From contig JBOHWL010000136.1 in assembly GCA_050736615.1 (NCBI GenBank), forward strand, positions 16,828 through 80,827: DNA of 64,000 nt, given 5' to 3'. This document shows positions 28,179-38,628 of this stretch, one piece after another. The notes beneath the pieces were generated by a model. It searched no databases. It was not told where the DNA came from and saw only the letters and a list, made by a program, of their open reading frames with translations. How positions within the stretch are numbered: the first letter of the stretch is position 1; every line of letters begins with the position of its first letter. Origin of the DNA: Candidatus Binataceae bacterium (lineage in GTDB: Bacteria; Desulfobacterota; Binatia; Binatales; Binataceae). Made by a program: the position numbers and the translations under genes.

Positions 28179-28667
28179 CTAACGGTTGCGGGCTTTGAGC
28201 ATTCGTTCGATCTCGCGGCGGCTGGTTTTACGCGCGATCGCCTCGCGCTTGTCGTACAGCCGTTTGCCCTTGGCCAAGGCCAGTTCGACCTTGGCGCGGC
28301 CGTCCTTGAAGTAAATTTTCAGCGGCACCAACGAATAGCCCCGCTCGCGCACGCGGCCCCACAACCGATTGATTTCGCGCCGATGCATCAGCAGCTTGCG
28401 CGGCCGCATTTCCGCATGGCTGAATTGGCCAGCCGGCGCATAAGCCGAGATATGCACGCCATTGAGAAAGGCTTCGCCGTTTTTTATGCGCGCGTAACTG
28501 TCGCGCAGGTTGGCGCGATGCGCGCGCAGTGATTTTACTTCAGTGCCGGTCAACGCAAGTCCCGCCTCGACTGATTCCTCAATAAAGAAGTCGTGTCGAG
28601 CTTTGCGATTCTCGGCCACCAGATCGTAGCCGTCGCTGTTCTTAGGTGCTTGCCGCTGACGCGCCAT
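28179..28667 (-). CDS. smpB: SsrA-binding protein SmpB
   Basis: GYDLVAENRKARHDFFIEE, GTEVKSLR, PRKLLMHRREI are canonical SmpB motifs. Confidence 0.9.
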   Translation of the reverse strand: MARQRQAPKNSDGYDLVAENRKARHDFFIEESVEAGLALTGTEVKSLRAHRANLRDSYARIKNGEAFLNGVHISAYAPAGQFSHAEMRPRKLLMHRREINRLWGRVRERGYSLVPLKIYFKDGRAKVELALAKGKRLYDKREAIARKTSRREIERMLKARNR

Positions 28668-28825
28668 TACGTCCCAGAGTTTACCGTGAGAATTGACGCG
28701 GCAATAGCCGGATGCGAGCCATCACTCCGCGGCGTGTCACTAGCGAAGCGCGTTTCGCGCGAAGCGAGCAAAGCCGTCCGCGGCGTGCGCAGCCGGCGTA
28801 GACGGCAATTGCGAATCTGAAGCGC

Positions 28826-29971
28826 TCACCATAATTGCGTGCTGGCAATCCGCGCACCCTCGGCCATTGATTTCAATTTCGCCCATGCCACGCCGCCGTC
28901 CACGCGCGAGGTGCCGGCAATCGTGCCGAAACCGCAATCCGTGCCGGCGATCACGTTTTCGCGGCCAACCACGTTGGCGATATTCTGGATACGCTGCGCC
29001 ACCAGTTCGGGATGCTCGATGAAGTTGGTCACGGAATCGATTACCCCCGGGATCAGCAGCTTGCCGTCAGGCAGTTTGACGTCCTTGAACACGGCCCATT
29101 CATGCTCATGGCGCGGGTTCGAAGCTTCATACGAAATTGCCATCGGACGCGCCTTCAGGACGATATCGATGATGTCGCGCAGTGCGACATCGTGATGATG
29201 CGGTCCTTCGTAGTTTCCCCAACAAAGGTGTAGCCGCGCACGATCGGGCGGAATATCGGCCAGCGCATGATTGAGTGCCTCGATGTGCATTTCGATGGTC
29301 TTGCGGAACTCGGCGAGGCTCTGGTCCCTGAATTGGATATGACGGCTCATCGCGAGGTCGGGGCAATCCACCTGCAGGATGAAACCCGCCTGGTGAATGG
29401 CGTCGTATTCAACCTTCATCGCTTCGGCGATGGCGCGGATATAAGCCTCATGACTCGGATAATGGCTGTTGCTCAGGAAAAAACTCACCACACCCGGTGA
29501 AGCGGCACTGATGAAGGCTTCCTCAACTTTGGCCCCGTTGAGCGCGGCCTTGAGATTATCGATATCGGTGCGGACCGGTATACGATTGCGATAGACAAGC
29601 GGACCGGTACAGGCGGGGCGTTTCAATCCGCCAATCCCACTCGAGCGGCCGCCACGTTTGGTGAATTCGGGGAAATCGACCAGGTCCGCGGCCCACAACT
29701 GAGCGCTCTTTTCGCCGCCGAATCCGCTTAGCCGATCCTTGACGTAGGTCGAATAGGAAGGCTTGCTCATCTCGCCGTCATTCACGATATCCACGCCGGT
29801 TTCGGCCTGCTTGCGGACTATCTCCCCGACGGCGGTTTTAACCCGCGCATCGAAAGCCCCGGCGTCGGCCAACTCACCCGCCTCTTTGGCGCGCAACCGC
29901 GTGAAAAGGTCATCGGGCCGCGGGAGGCTGCCGGTGTGCGTGGTCAGAATCCGCTGGCTGCTACGCTTCAT
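28826..29971 (-). CDS. cobalamin-independent methionine synthase II family protein (MetE C-terminal-like methyltransferase)
   Basis: UROD/MetE-like barrel. Zinc-ligand contexts LHLCWGNYEGPHHHD and IAGTDCGFG. About 380 aa like standalone MetE-C homologues. Confidence 0.7.
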   Translation of the reverse strand: MKRSSQRILTTHTGSLPRPDDLFTRLRAKEAGELADAGAFDARVKTAVGEIVRKQAETGVDIVNDGEMSKPSYSTYVKDRLSGFGGEKSAQLWAADLVDFPEFTKRGGRSSGIGGLKRPACTGPLVYRNRIPVRTDIDNLKAALNGAKVEEAFISAASPGVVSFFLSNSHYPSHEAYIRAIAEAMKVEYDAIHQAGFILQVDCPDLAMSRHIQFRDQSLAEFRKTIEMHIEALNHALADIPPDRARLHLCWGNYEGPHHHDVALRDIIDIVLKARPMAISYEASNPRHEHEWAVFKDVKLPDGKLLIPGVIDSVTNFIEHPELVAQRIQNIANVVGRENVIAGTDCGFGTIAGTSRVDGGVAWAKLKSMAEGARIASTQLW

Positions 29972-30146
29972 GGGGTCCTCCTAACCACGCGCCGGGACGC
30001 GCTCATCGCGCGCCACACGTTAAACCACTCTTTCCGAATCGGCAACGCAAACCAAGGTCGTCGCGATCGCTGACCAACGGTGGGTCAAAGAGCCGCATAT
30101 TGCAAACGCATCCGGCGCCGCGGGGTTCGAGCCGGACAGTCGTTGC

Positions 30147-30416
30147 TTATTGAGTGAAGCCGAGTTCCTTCAGCCGGGCGCGGGCTTCCTCGGCGCAGTC
30201 CGCGTGCACCATCAGGCGCGCTTCGATCGCCACCGTGCTGCCGAGCATGCGGGAGGATTCATCATCGAAAATAAAAGTTTCGATACCGCCGCCCTCGAGC
30301 AGATCGCGCGCCATTCGCACCTGCATCGCATCGATACTGACGAAAACCTGCTCAAGTTTTTGATTCTGATCGTTGTCGTAGTCGGTCATAGAAGCCTTGC
30401 TCAAATCGCCGCTCAT
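30147..30416 (-). CDS. DUF2007-like small protein (putative signal-transducing/PII-like fold)
   Basis: Start at ATG 30416 overlaps the DedA stop (ATGA). MQVRMARDLLEGGGIETFIFDDES resembles the DUF2007 pattern. The listed 191-aa ORF extension is not protein-like. Confidence 0.5.
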   Translation of the reverse strand: MSGDLSKASMTDYDNDQNQKLEQVFVSIDAMQVRMARDLLEGGGIETFIFDDESSRMLGSTVAIEARLMVHADCAEEARARLKELGFTQ

Positions 30417-31054
30417 CGCTCCGCGGCACTGCCGCGTCCGAAGACGACGCCCCTTATCCGATTGTAGATGATAGCCAGTAGCGCGGCGATCAGTAACAGT
30501 GCGATGAACCCGTCGAAGCGATGGAAGTAAGGTCCCAGGGTGTCCCAATGCTGGCCCAGCTTCATGCCGATCCATGCCAGCACCAGGCACCAGATATAGG
30601 AACCGGCCAAGGTGTACAGCGTGAACGGCAGCAATTTCATTCGCGCCACTCCGGCCGGCAGCGCAATAAAGGTCCGTACCGCCGGCAACAGGCGGCTGAT
30701 GAAAACCGCGGGCCCGCCCCAACGCGCGAAAAAACGATCGGCTAGCTCGAGTTCATGCGGCGCGATTAGGACGTAACGGCCATAACGTTCCAGCAACCAG
30801 CGCCCGCCGCTGGCACCGACATAATAGGCCAGATAAGAACCGAGCAGGCATCCGAACGCACCGCCGAGCGCGACCAATTGCAGATTGAAACGGCCGGCCG
30901 ACACCAGGTATCCCGCAAACGGCATGGTTATCTCGGACGGCAGCGGGACGCAGGCGCTCTCCACGGCCATAAGCAGGATAATCCCGCCGTAGCCGAGCGT
31001 CGAAATAACCGCGATAATGATCGCGGAAATGCCGCTCATGAGCTCGTCAATCAT
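30413..31054 (-). CDS. DedA/SNARE-associated family membrane protein
   Basis: ESACVPLPSEI, GYLVSAGRF, RLLPAVRTFIALPAGVARM are DedA signature segments. Confidence 0.8.
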   Translation of the reverse strand: MIDELMSGISAIIIAVISTLGYGGIILLMAVESACVPLPSEITMPFAGYLVSAGRFNLQLVALGGAFGCLLGSYLAYYVGASGGRWLLERYGRYVLIAPHELELADRFFARWGGPAVFISRLLPAVRTFIALPAGVARMKLLPFTLYTLAGSYIWCLVLAWIGMKLGQHWDTLGPYFHRFDGFIALLLIAALLAIIYNRIRGVVFGRGSAAER

Positions 31055-31357
31055 GCGTCAACCCGGGTGCCTGGCATGGGTGAGCCGTAGGCCCGGCTCC
31101 CCACCTTGCCATGCGCGGCAAGCGGAAGCGAGGCGGCGCGGCGTGTTATCCGCGCTTGCGGCGGCGCGAACGTGGGCGAGGCTTATACATGGAAAAAAAA
31201 ATGGACCGAGCGTTTGCATCCAGGGCGCAAAATGACTATTGCTAATGACTGTATATATGTTGATTTAACTTGACTGCATTCATCTTGATCGCGAGCCGAT
31301 GAAAACCGGCCCGCGGTTATTTAAGCCGCTCGGACGGGCGAACCAACGAGGCAACTC

Positions 31358-32689
31358 ATGGCCAAGGACACACTGACGATCACGGACAACCGTACCGGCA
31401 AGCAGTACGAGGTTCCCATCGAGGAGGGCGGCGTGATCCGCGCCGCCGCCTTGCGCAATATCAAGGCCGCATCCGACGACTTCGGGCTGATGTCCTATGA
31501 CCCGGCCTTTACCAACACCGCCTCATGCCGGAGCAAGATCACGTTTATCGACGGCGAAAAAGGTATCTTACGCTATCGTGGCTATCCCATTGAGGAGCTG
31601 GCGGAAAAAAGCAACTATCTCGAGGTCGCCTATCTCATCGTCAAGGGCGAATTGCCCGATCGCAAACATTTTGCCGCCTGGGAGCAGAACATCAAGATCC
31701 ACACGATGGTGCATGAAAGCGTGCGCTCGTTCATGGGGGGCTTTCGCTACGACGCTCATCCGATGGGCATGCTGGTGGGCACCATCGGCGCGCTCTCAAC
31801 CTTCTACCCCGACGCCAAGGAGATCGAGGATCTGGAATCGCGCCGCCTCCAGACCCGCCGCTTGATTGGCAAGCTGCCGACGCTGGCGGCCTGGGCTTAT
31901 CGCCACGGGCGCGGCCTGCCCTACAACTATCCCGACAATGACTTCAGCTATACCGGGAATTTCCTTTCCATGTTGTTCAAGATGACGGAGCTTAAGTATA
32001 AGCCCGACCCCACGCTGGAGCGCGCGCTTGACGTGCTGTTCATCCTGCACGCCGATCATGAACAAAACTGTTCGGCCAACGCGATGCGCTCGGTGGGCAG
32101 TTCACAAGTGGACGCCTATTCCGCGGTGGCGGCGGCGACCGCCGCGCTCTACGGGCCGCTTCATGGCGGCGCCAACGAAGCGGTCATTCGGATGCTGATG
32201 GATATCGGCTCGCCGAAGAACGTGCCGGAGTTCATCAAGAAGGTCAAAGCGGGTGAACGACGCCTGATGGGTTTCGGCCATCGCGTGTACAAGAATTACG
32301 ATCCGCGCGCCAAGATCGTGAAGAAGACGGCCTACGAGGTGTTTGAGGTCACGGGCCGCAACCCGCTCATCGATATCTCGCTCGAGCTCGAGAAAATCGC
32401 ACTTGAAGACGATTATTTCGCATCACGCAAGCTTTATCCGAACGTCGATTTCTATACCGGCGTGACTTACCAGGCGATGGGCTTCCCGATGACGATGTTT
32501 CCGGTGTTGTTCGCGATTCCGCGCACGTCCGGATGGATGGCGCAATGGGCCGAAATGGTCCGTGACCCGGAGCAGAAGATCGCTCGTCCGCGCCAGGTCT
32601 ATGTCGGCGAGCAAACGCGCCATTGGACCGCGATCGAAAGGCGCCCGGAACCGACCATGCGCGAGGACGCGGTCAGCGACCGTATCTGA
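31358..32689 (+). CDS. gltA: citrate synthase
   Basis: LRYRGYPIEEL, ILHADHEQNCSANAMR, GPLHGGANE, FGHRVYKNYDPRA are citrate synthase catalytic motifs. Confidence 0.9.
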   Translation: MAKDTLTITDNRTGKQYEVPIEEGGVIRAAALRNIKAASDDFGLMSYDPAFTNTASCRSKITFIDGEKGILRYRGYPIEELAEKSNYLEVAYLIVKGELPDRKHFAAWEQNIKIHTMVHESVRSFMGGFRYDAHPMGMLVGTIGALSTFYPDAKEIEDLESRRLQTRRLIGKLPTLAAWAYRHGRGLPYNYPDNDFSYTGNFLSMLFKMTELKYKPDPTLERALDVLFILHADHEQNCSANAMRSVGSSQVDAYSAVAAATAALYGPLHGGANEAVIRMLMDIGSPKNVPEFIKKVKAGERRLMGFGHRVYKNYDPRAKIVKKTAYEVFEVTGRNPLIDISLELEKIALEDDYFASRKLYPNVDFYTGVTYQAMGFPMTMFPVLFAIPRTSGWMAQWAEMVRDPEQKIARPRQVYVGEQTRHWTAIERRPEPTMREDAVSDRI

Positions 32690-32813
32690 GTGCGGTGCCC
32701 GGTGCCGCACGCGGCATATGACCGTGGCAGCGCTGGCCGGCGACCGCATCGCGGACCCGCGCCGCCAAACCGGCGGCGCGGAAGCTTGTCCGAAGCCGCC
32801 GTCGTTTTCCCGA

Positions 32814-33269
32814 TTACGAATTGACGGCCAGTGCCCGCTGGCGCCGCCGACGCCGACGCACGCGATTAGCCGTCATATGCTGCGCGCGGCTCGATTCCTT
32901 GAGGCGTAAACGGCCGAGCCCATGTCCTTCTCCCGTCGCCCGGCCCATCACTAGCCCGCTCAGCCGCTCACGCAAAATCTCAGGATTGATGCTAAGCGCG
33001 TCGCATACGCTGTCGAACGAAAAGGGATAGCCCGTACCGCGCGTGTTGACCCATTGGCCCGCTTCGGCAAAGGCACGCCGCTTACGCGCGTTACCCAAAC
33101 GCTGCCAGCCCTGCAAAATATTGATCGCGTCGACCAACACCGCGAGCATCAGGCGCTGTTCGCTGCAGAGCCCTCCGCCACCCATCGCGGTGAAAAATTG
33201 ACTTGGCAGGATTACGTCGGTGAAGCCGAGGGAATCGGCCGCCTGCGCCATCTGATCCGCCTGATGCAT
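32814..33269 (-). CDS. hypothetical HTH-like protein, paralog of the 4197-4766 gene; Arg-rich C-terminal tail
   Basis: Shares LPSQFFTAM...EQRLMLAVLVDA...PFSFDSVCDALSINPEILRERL with the other paralog. It is preceded by a 500-bp AT-rich region. Confidence 0.5.
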   Translation of the reverse strand: MHQADQMAQAADSLGFTDVILPSQFFTAMGGGGLCSEQRLMLAVLVDAINILQGWQRLGNARKRRAFAEAGQWVNTRGTGYPFSFDSVCDALSINPEILRERLSGLVMGRATGEGHGLGRLRLKESSRAQHMTANRVRRRRRRQRALAVNS

Positions 33270-33767
33270 CGCTCCTCGCCTCTCTTCGAGGGCCGGCCCC
33301 GATCTTCCGGATGTGAAAGAGTCGTCCGCCTTGTGCCCCCGCCTTGACCCACTTCTATCGGACAGACGTGGTATATGTAGCGCAGTGTAAGCAAGTATTC
33401 AAGTCTCATAACATCTAGAATTATCATTTTTCATTTCAGATTGCCGCATGTTTTCAATTTGCTATCAAGTTCGATTCCATACAGCGTCCATAATATCAAA
33501 AGAGCTTGAATAAATCCCGGACGACGCAAAAGCAAGTAGAAAGGATGATAATGAGCAATGATAGGCGCTTGCACGAACGCTTATCAAATGAATCCTCTTG
33601 TTTGCACAAAAGAAGTCATGCCGACCGCGCCGGCCTGGAGCGCGCCGCACCGCACCTATGCTATTGTATACGAATCGCGCAATGGCTCGGATGTTATCGC
33701 GGGTGTGGGCGTCGAGGACGCGCCGGGTTGACGCGAGGGCAAGATCATCATCGCTGGGAAAGGTTGG

Positions 33768-34922
33768 ATGCGAACGATGGAGCGGCAGTCAGAGCGGAGT
33801 ACTCGTCAGGTGAGGATTGGTGGCGTGGTCGTGGGTGGCGACGCCCCGTTGGTGGTGCAATCGATGTGCGCCACGCGCACCATCGATGTTGATCAGACCG
33901 TCGCGCAGACCCATCAATTGGCCGCGGCGGGCGCCGGCATCGTGCGAATCGCACTGGATAACGAAAAAGAGGTCGCGCCGCTCAGAGAAATTCGTGCGCA
34001 GACCAAGGGCATCACGCTTTCGGTTGATTTGCAGGAGAATTATCGGATTGCCGGCAAAGTCGCGCCGCATGTGGACAAAATCCGCTATAACCCCGGCCAT
34101 CTGCACCACATTGAAAAGGCCAAAGCGATTCCGGACAAAGTGCGCTGGCTGACGGAAATTGCGCGCGACCACGACCTGGCGCTCAGAATCGGCGTCAACT
34201 GTGGTTCGGTGGCGCCCGTCTTTCTGAAGCGTTACCCAGACGACCAGCTCACCGCGCTGGTCGAATCCGCCGTCTATCATTGCGAGTTGATGGACGAATT
34301 TAGCTTCGACCGCTTTGTGGTTTCGCTTAAGGACTCAGATCCGGGCAAAGTGCTCGAAGCCAACCGCCGTTTCAATCAGCGGCGTCCCGATGTGCCGCTT
34401 CATCTTGGGGTGACTGAGGCGGGACTGCCACCCGACGGTATCACCAAAACCCGCATCGCCTTCGAAAAACTGCTGGCGAGCGGAATTGGCGATACCCTGC
34501 GGGTTTCACTCACGTTGCCCAATGAACGCAAGCATGAGGAAGTGCTGGTCGGTCATCAGATAATTCGCGACGTGGCGGCGGGCCGCTTCATCTCGGTGCC
34601 CGATTTCGGCACGGGCCTCAACATCATTTCGTGCCCGTCGTGCTCGCGAGTAGAGAACGAGAAATTCGTCGAGCTGGCGCAGCAGGTCAAGGATCTGACC
34701 GCGTATGCTTCACGCCATCGCATCACGATCGCGGTGATGGGCTGCCGGGTCAACGGCCCCGGAGAAACGGACGACGCGGATTTGGGATTATGGTGCGGAC
34801 CGACCACCGTAAACCTCAAACGCAAGGACGCCAAGCTCGGCAATTTCAAATACGACCAGGTTCTCAGCCGTTTAAAAGTGGAGGTCGACCGTCTCATCGC
34901 CGAGCGCTCCGCCGGCAATTAG
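33768..34922 (+). CDS. ispG: 4-hydroxy-3-methylbut-2-en-1-yl diphosphate synthase (flavodoxin) IspG/GcpE
   Basis: [36 protein letters not shown] are IspG motifs. GGAAAGG RBS before ATG 33768. Confidence 0.9.
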   Translation: MRTMERQSERSTRQVRIGGVVVGGDAPLVVQSMCATRTIDVDQTVAQTHQLAAAGAGIVRIALDNEKEVAPLREIRAQTKGITLSVDLQENYRIAGKVAPHVDKIRYNPGHLHHIEKAKAIPDKVRWLTEIARDHDLALRIGVNCGSVAPVFLKRYPDDQLTALVESAVYHCELMDEFSFDRFVVSLKDSDPGKVLEANRRFNQRRPDVPLHLGVTEAGLPPDGITKTRIAFEKLLASGIGDTLRVSLTLPNERKHEEVLVGHQIIRDVAAGRFISVPDFGTGLNIISCPSCSRVENEKFVELAQQVKDLTAYASRHRITIAVMGCRVNGPGETDDADLGLWCGPTTVNLKRKDAKLGNFKYDQVLSRLKVEVDRLIAERSAGN

Positions 34923-34936
34923 GGACTTCCGCAGAC

Positions 34937-35098
34937 GTCTTAATCTGTCATTCCGAGCCTGGCGAGGAATCCCGGATCTCTTTATCTTTTTAGGACTTTC
35001 CGTGATTCCTCACTTATCTCGAACGCACCTCACAGACTCGTTTGCTCGTTTCGCCTGTGGCTGCGCTGCGGCAGACTCCGTTCGGGATGACAAATGGG
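34937..35098. repeat. palindromic MITE/REP-like element, ~160-bp copy
   Basis: Left terminus GTCTTAATCTGTCATTCCGAG (34937-34957). Right terminus TTCGGGATGACAAAT (35081-35095), which is the inverted repeat of the left terminus. The interior gattcctcacttatctcgaacgcacctcacagactcgtttgctcg is ~85% identical to the 60514-60558 segment of the third copy. ORFs 34631-34993 and 35042-35452 are artefacts of this element. Confidence 0.5.
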
Positions 35099-35113
35099 CT
35101 TGTGCGGACCCTG

Positions 35114-35627
35114 TTAGGGCCGGAGGCGGGCGTAAATCAACCGGTCGCCGAGGCGGCCGTCCTTGATGATGCTGCGGCGCAGGCGCCCTTCAAAAGTATA
35201 GCCGGCTTTTTCAAGGACGCGGACGGAGGCGCCATTCCACGCGAATACGCCGGCTTCAATCCGCTCGAGATTGAGATGGGAGAAGGCGTAGCCGGTGGCC
35301 CGCTTCACCGCCGCCGTCGCAATTCCTTTGCCCCAAAATGGTTTGCTCAGCCAATAGCCGATTTCCACCGTCAGACGATTGACGTCTTTTTGCGGCTCGA
35401 ATCCGATACCGCCGATCGCCTCGCCGTCCAGTTCGATCGCGAATTCGATTGAGGAGACGCGTCCCGACGCGCATCGCGTGGTCCATTCCTCGGCCTCGCG
35501 GCGAGTGTACGGATGGGGGAAAACGATCACGTAGAGTCAGCCACACCTCGCGCTCATTGGCGTAACGAACCAGCGCTTCGACATCGCCAACGCTCCATTG
35601 ACGAAGCGTGATACGGTTCGGATCCAT
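35114..35627 (-). pseudogene. RimL/RimJ-like GNAT acetyltransferase split by a 1-nt indel in a G5/C5 homopolymer (35515-35519)
   Basis: The N-terminus MDPNRITLRQWSVGDVEALVRYANEREVWLTLRDRFP is in the 35256-35627 frame. The remainder, HPYTRREAEEW...GYWLSKPFWGKGIATAA, is in the 35114-35530 frame. Removing one C from ttttCCCCCatccg fuses them into a canonical RimL-type protein. Confidence 0.6.
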
Positions 35628-35733
35628 CGTCGTGCCGCCTCATCCGGAGCGATTTGCCAATTTCAGCTTCATGATCCGGACGGGTCAGTCGTGCGGATGC
35701 ACAAAGGTGGATCCAGGGCGAATTTCGTACCGC

Positions 35734-36384
35734 TCAGATAGTCTGCCGGGTCTTGCGCCAATCCGCCAGAAAGCGTTCGAGCCCGAGGTCGGTGAGCGGA
35801 TGTTGCAGGATCTGCTTGATCACGGCGAAGGGCAGGGTCGCCACATGTGCGCCGGCTTCGGCCGCGCGTAGCAGATGGGTTGGCGAGCGCACCGACGCCA
35901 CCAGCACCTGTGCGGGATAGTCGTAGTTGCGCAGGATGCGCACCAATTGTTCGACAATGGTGAAGCCGTCCTGTCCGATATCGTCGAGCCGGCCGATGAA
36001 CGGCGAGAGGAAGGTCGCGCCGCATTTTGCCGCCGCCAACGCTTGCAGCGGATTGAAAATCAACGTGACGTTGACGGAGATGCCGCGGCTCGAGAGTGCG
36101 CGCGTGGCTTTGAGGCCCTCGATAGTAAGCGGACATTTGACCACGATATTGGGATGGATATGGGCAAGTTTTTCGCCCTGCTCGAGCATTCCGGGCGCCT
36201 CCGTGGCGACCACCTCGGCACTGACCGGACCGTTTACGAGCTCGCAGATTTCGCGCAGCACGTCGGCGTAGGGGCGGCCGCTTTTGGCAATCAGGCTGGG
36301 GTTGGTGGTGACGCCATCGGCCAGGCCCCAGCTTGCAATCTCCCGGATTTCGCTCACGTCCGCGGAATCGACGAAAAACTTCAT
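35734..36384 (-). CDS. tal: transaldolase (short Tal/FSA type)
   Basis: [30 protein letters not shown] (Schiff-base Lys), [10 protein letters not shown]. Confidence 0.85.
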   Translation of the reverse strand: MKFFVDSADVSEIREIASWGLADGVTTNPSLIAKSGRPYADVLREICELVNGPVSAEVVATEAPGMLEQGEKLAHIHPNIVVKCPLTIEGLKATRALSSRGISVNVTLIFNPLQALAAAKCGATFLSPFIGRLDDIGQDGFTIVEQLVRILRNYDYPAQVLVASVRSPTHLLRAAEAGAHVATLPFAVIKQILQHPLTDLGLERFLADWRKTRQTI

Positions 36385-36932
36385 CGCGAGACTACCTCCC
36401 GCCCGGGCGCTGGCCGCAGCATGCTGGCGCGCGCCAGGCTCACTCGAAATGGCGATTTCAACTTCGCCAGCAAATCGGAAATTGACTCGTTGAGGATTGG
36501 GTGAATCAAGGCCGGGGCCAACTCCGCCATCGGCGCCAGCACGAAGCGGCGTTCGTGCAGCCGCGGATGAGGCACCGTCAGCGCGCGACTCGCGATGATT
36601 TCCTTATTGAAGAACAACAGATCCAAATCGATTACGCGTGGGCGGTAGCGTGGCCGGACGGTCGCTTTGCCGCCCGGGCGTTTACGTCCCATCGTCCGCT
36701 CTATCGCCAACAGCCGCCGCATCAAAGCTTCCGCCATCAATTCAGTCTCAACTTCGACCACGCCGTTAAGAAAGGAGCCCTTGATATCGCCCACCGGCTC
36801 GGTTTCATAAATCGACGACTGACGGACGATTCGGGTCGTGGGAAGCTCGGCAATACCCGCAATGGCGGCGCGGTAATTGGCGGCGCGATCGCCGAGATTG
36901 GTGCCGATGCCGATAAAGGCCCGATTGGGCAT
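36381..36932 (-). CDS. folK: 2-amino-4-hydroxy-6-hydroxymethyldihydropteridine pyrophosphokinase (HPPK)
   Basis: [44 protein letters not shown] are HPPK motifs. Overlaps the tal stop by 4 nt. Confidence 0.85.
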   Translation of the reverse strand: MPNRAFIGIGTNLGDRAANYRAAIAGIAELPTTRIVRQSSIYETEPVGDIKGSFLNGVVEVETELMAEALMRRLLAIERTMGRKRPGGKATVRPRYRPRVIDLDLLFFNKEIIASRALTVPHPRLHERRFVLAPMAELAPALIHPILNESISDLLAKLKSPFRVSLARASMLRPAPGREVVSR

Positions 36933-36938
36933 TCGCCG

Positions 36939-38114
36939 TTATAGCCGAAGCGCTTTGATTCTTGCCACAGCCTGTTGCAATCGTTCGCTTGATACCGTGA
37001 GCGAAAAGCGAACGAACCCCTCGCCACCTTTGCCGAAACCTGAACCGGGTGTGATCACCACGCCGGTTTCTTTCAGCACACGCTCGGTAAACGAAACTGA
37101 ACTGAAGCCGTGCGGCACCTGCGCCCAGACATAAAACGTGGCCTGTGGCAGATCGCATTGCAGCCCCAGTCCACGCAGCGCCGCCACCATCAGATCGCGC
37201 CGCTCCTGATAGATGGCGCAATAGTCGCGCAGCTTGTCCGAAGCCCCGCCGCTACCTTCGAGCGCCGCGATCGCGGCTTCCTGCACGGCCTGAAAAACTC
37301 CCGAATCGACGTTGGTTTTGACCGTTCCGAGGGCACCCACCAAGGCCGCGTTGCCGACCGCAAAGCCAACCCGCCATCCGGTCATCGAATAGGTCTTTGA
37401 GAGCGAATGAAATTCGATAGCGCATTCAGCCGCACCCTCGAATTGCATCAAGCTCGGTGCGCGATAATTGTCAAAAGCGATTTCCGAATAGGCAAAGTCG
37501 TGGGCGAGAATAATCTCATGCTCGCGGCAATAATTAATCGCGCCCTTGAAGAAACCCGCCGTGGCCGTCGCGGCGGTGGGGTTGTTGGGATAGTTAAGCC
37601 ACATCAGTTTGGCGCGCCGGGCAATTTCTCGCGGGATTGCCGTAAAATCCGGCAGGAAGTGATTTTCCCGCCGAAGCGGCATGAAGTACGGCTCGCCCCC
37701 GTTGAATACGCATCCGGAGAAATAAACCGGATAGCCCGGGTCCGGGATCAGCATGATATCGCCAGGATTCACCACCGCAACGGGGAAATTGGCGATCCCC
37801 TCCTTGGAACCGATTAAGGCGCAGACCTCGCGATCGTAATCCAGCCTCACATCGAAGCGTTGTCGGTACCACTTCGCCGCAGCCTCCCTGAAGCGCTCCA
37901 GGCCCTGGTAATCCGGATAGCGATGATTCTGGGGATTGTCCACAGCCCGTTTGAGGGCGTCAACAATATGTTGGGGTGTAGGCAGGTCGGGGTCCCCAAT
38001 ACCAAGACTGATGACATCAACCCCCTGCCGCTGGACCTCGCGTTTCAGGCGGTCAAGCTCGGCAAACAGGTACGGTGGCAAAAAACTTAGGCGAGTGGCG
38101 GTTTTGATCTGCAC
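36939..38114 (-). CDS. class I/II PLP aminotransferase, LL-diaminopimelate aminotransferase (DapL)-like
   Basis: SFLPPYLFAELDRLKRE N-terminus as in DapL. LGIGDPDLPTP, NYPNNPT, SLSKTYSMTGWRVG (PLP lysine). Confidence 0.8.
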   Translation of the reverse strand: MQIKTATRLSFLPPYLFAELDRLKREVQRQGVDVISLGIGDPDLPTPQHIVDALKRAVDNPQNHRYPDYQGLERFREAAAKWYRQRFDVRLDYDREVCALIGSKEGIANFPVAVVNPGDIMLIPDPGYPVYFSGCVFNGGEPYFMPLRRENHFLPDFTAIPREIARRAKLMWLNYPNNPTAATATAGFFKGAINYCREHEIILAHDFAYSEIAFDNYRAPSLMQFEGAAECAIEFHSLSKTYSMTGWRVGFAVGNAALVGALGTVKTNVDSGVFQAVQEAAIAALEGSGGASDKLRDYCAIYQERRDLMVAALRGLGLQCDLPQATFYVWAQVPHGFSSVSFTERVLKETGVVITPGSGFGKGGEGFVRFSLTVSSERLQQAVARIKALRL

Positions 38115-38628
38115 CTGAAACGTCGTTCCCCCGGTCAGGACTGCTGATTAACTAACACACTTCGGATCTATATCGAAACCGCGTGTGGAAGGAAAACCAA
38201 GCGGATCAAAACATTATTCTCAACACCAGCCGATCGTTTCCAACGAAGTTATACACAGATCGGACTCGCCATCGGTACAACAAAAGCCGTGTCCCAAATC
38301 GCCGTTGGATCAAGCCTCGGAGCGGAGGTTCACCAGCCCGCATGGCTAATTGCTATTCAGCAAAAACTCGGAAACTCAAGCCAATTCATCGCGATGTCGG
38401 CAAACCGGATCGAGGCGATATTACTTTCGCTTGCGATGCGCAAACAGCAATGTTAGTAATTCTTCCGTTTGCCCGCCGGAAATACGAATTGGCTGTAAAG
38501 CACGCGGCGAATCAATTTCCGGTTGACCGCAAAGGGGAATGCTTGTTAGTTGTGCTGCGCATCGCTTTTCGGCCCGCTTTTGCGGGTGGGGATTCTTCTG
38601 GCGTTGTCCGTGGAACTGAGTTGAAAAG

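Noticed and set aside
28179-30146. Looked for tmRNA (ssrA) near smpB and for a riboswitch upstream of the MetE-like gene
   Set aside because: No tag-peptide reading frame ending in ...ALAA-stop was found. No tRNA-like 3' end (TCCACCA context) was seen. No obvious SAM or B12 riboswitch signature was seen by eye. A covariance-model scan would be needed to be sure.
30417-30722. Long form of ORF 30147-30722
   Set aside because: The extension overlaps the DedA gene out of frame. The ATG at 30416 gives a DUF2007-sized product with an ATGA coupling to DedA.
33506-33892. 128-aa ORF spanning the AT-rich region into ispG
   Set aside because: It runs over the ispG start in another frame and is Arg/Gly/Cys-rich. 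It looks like a GC-frame artefact.
34631-35452. ORFs 34631-34993 and 35042-35452 overlapping the repeat element
   Set aside because: They are read through a palindromic MITE-like repeat and through the antisense strand of the GNAT gene. Their composition is not protein-like.
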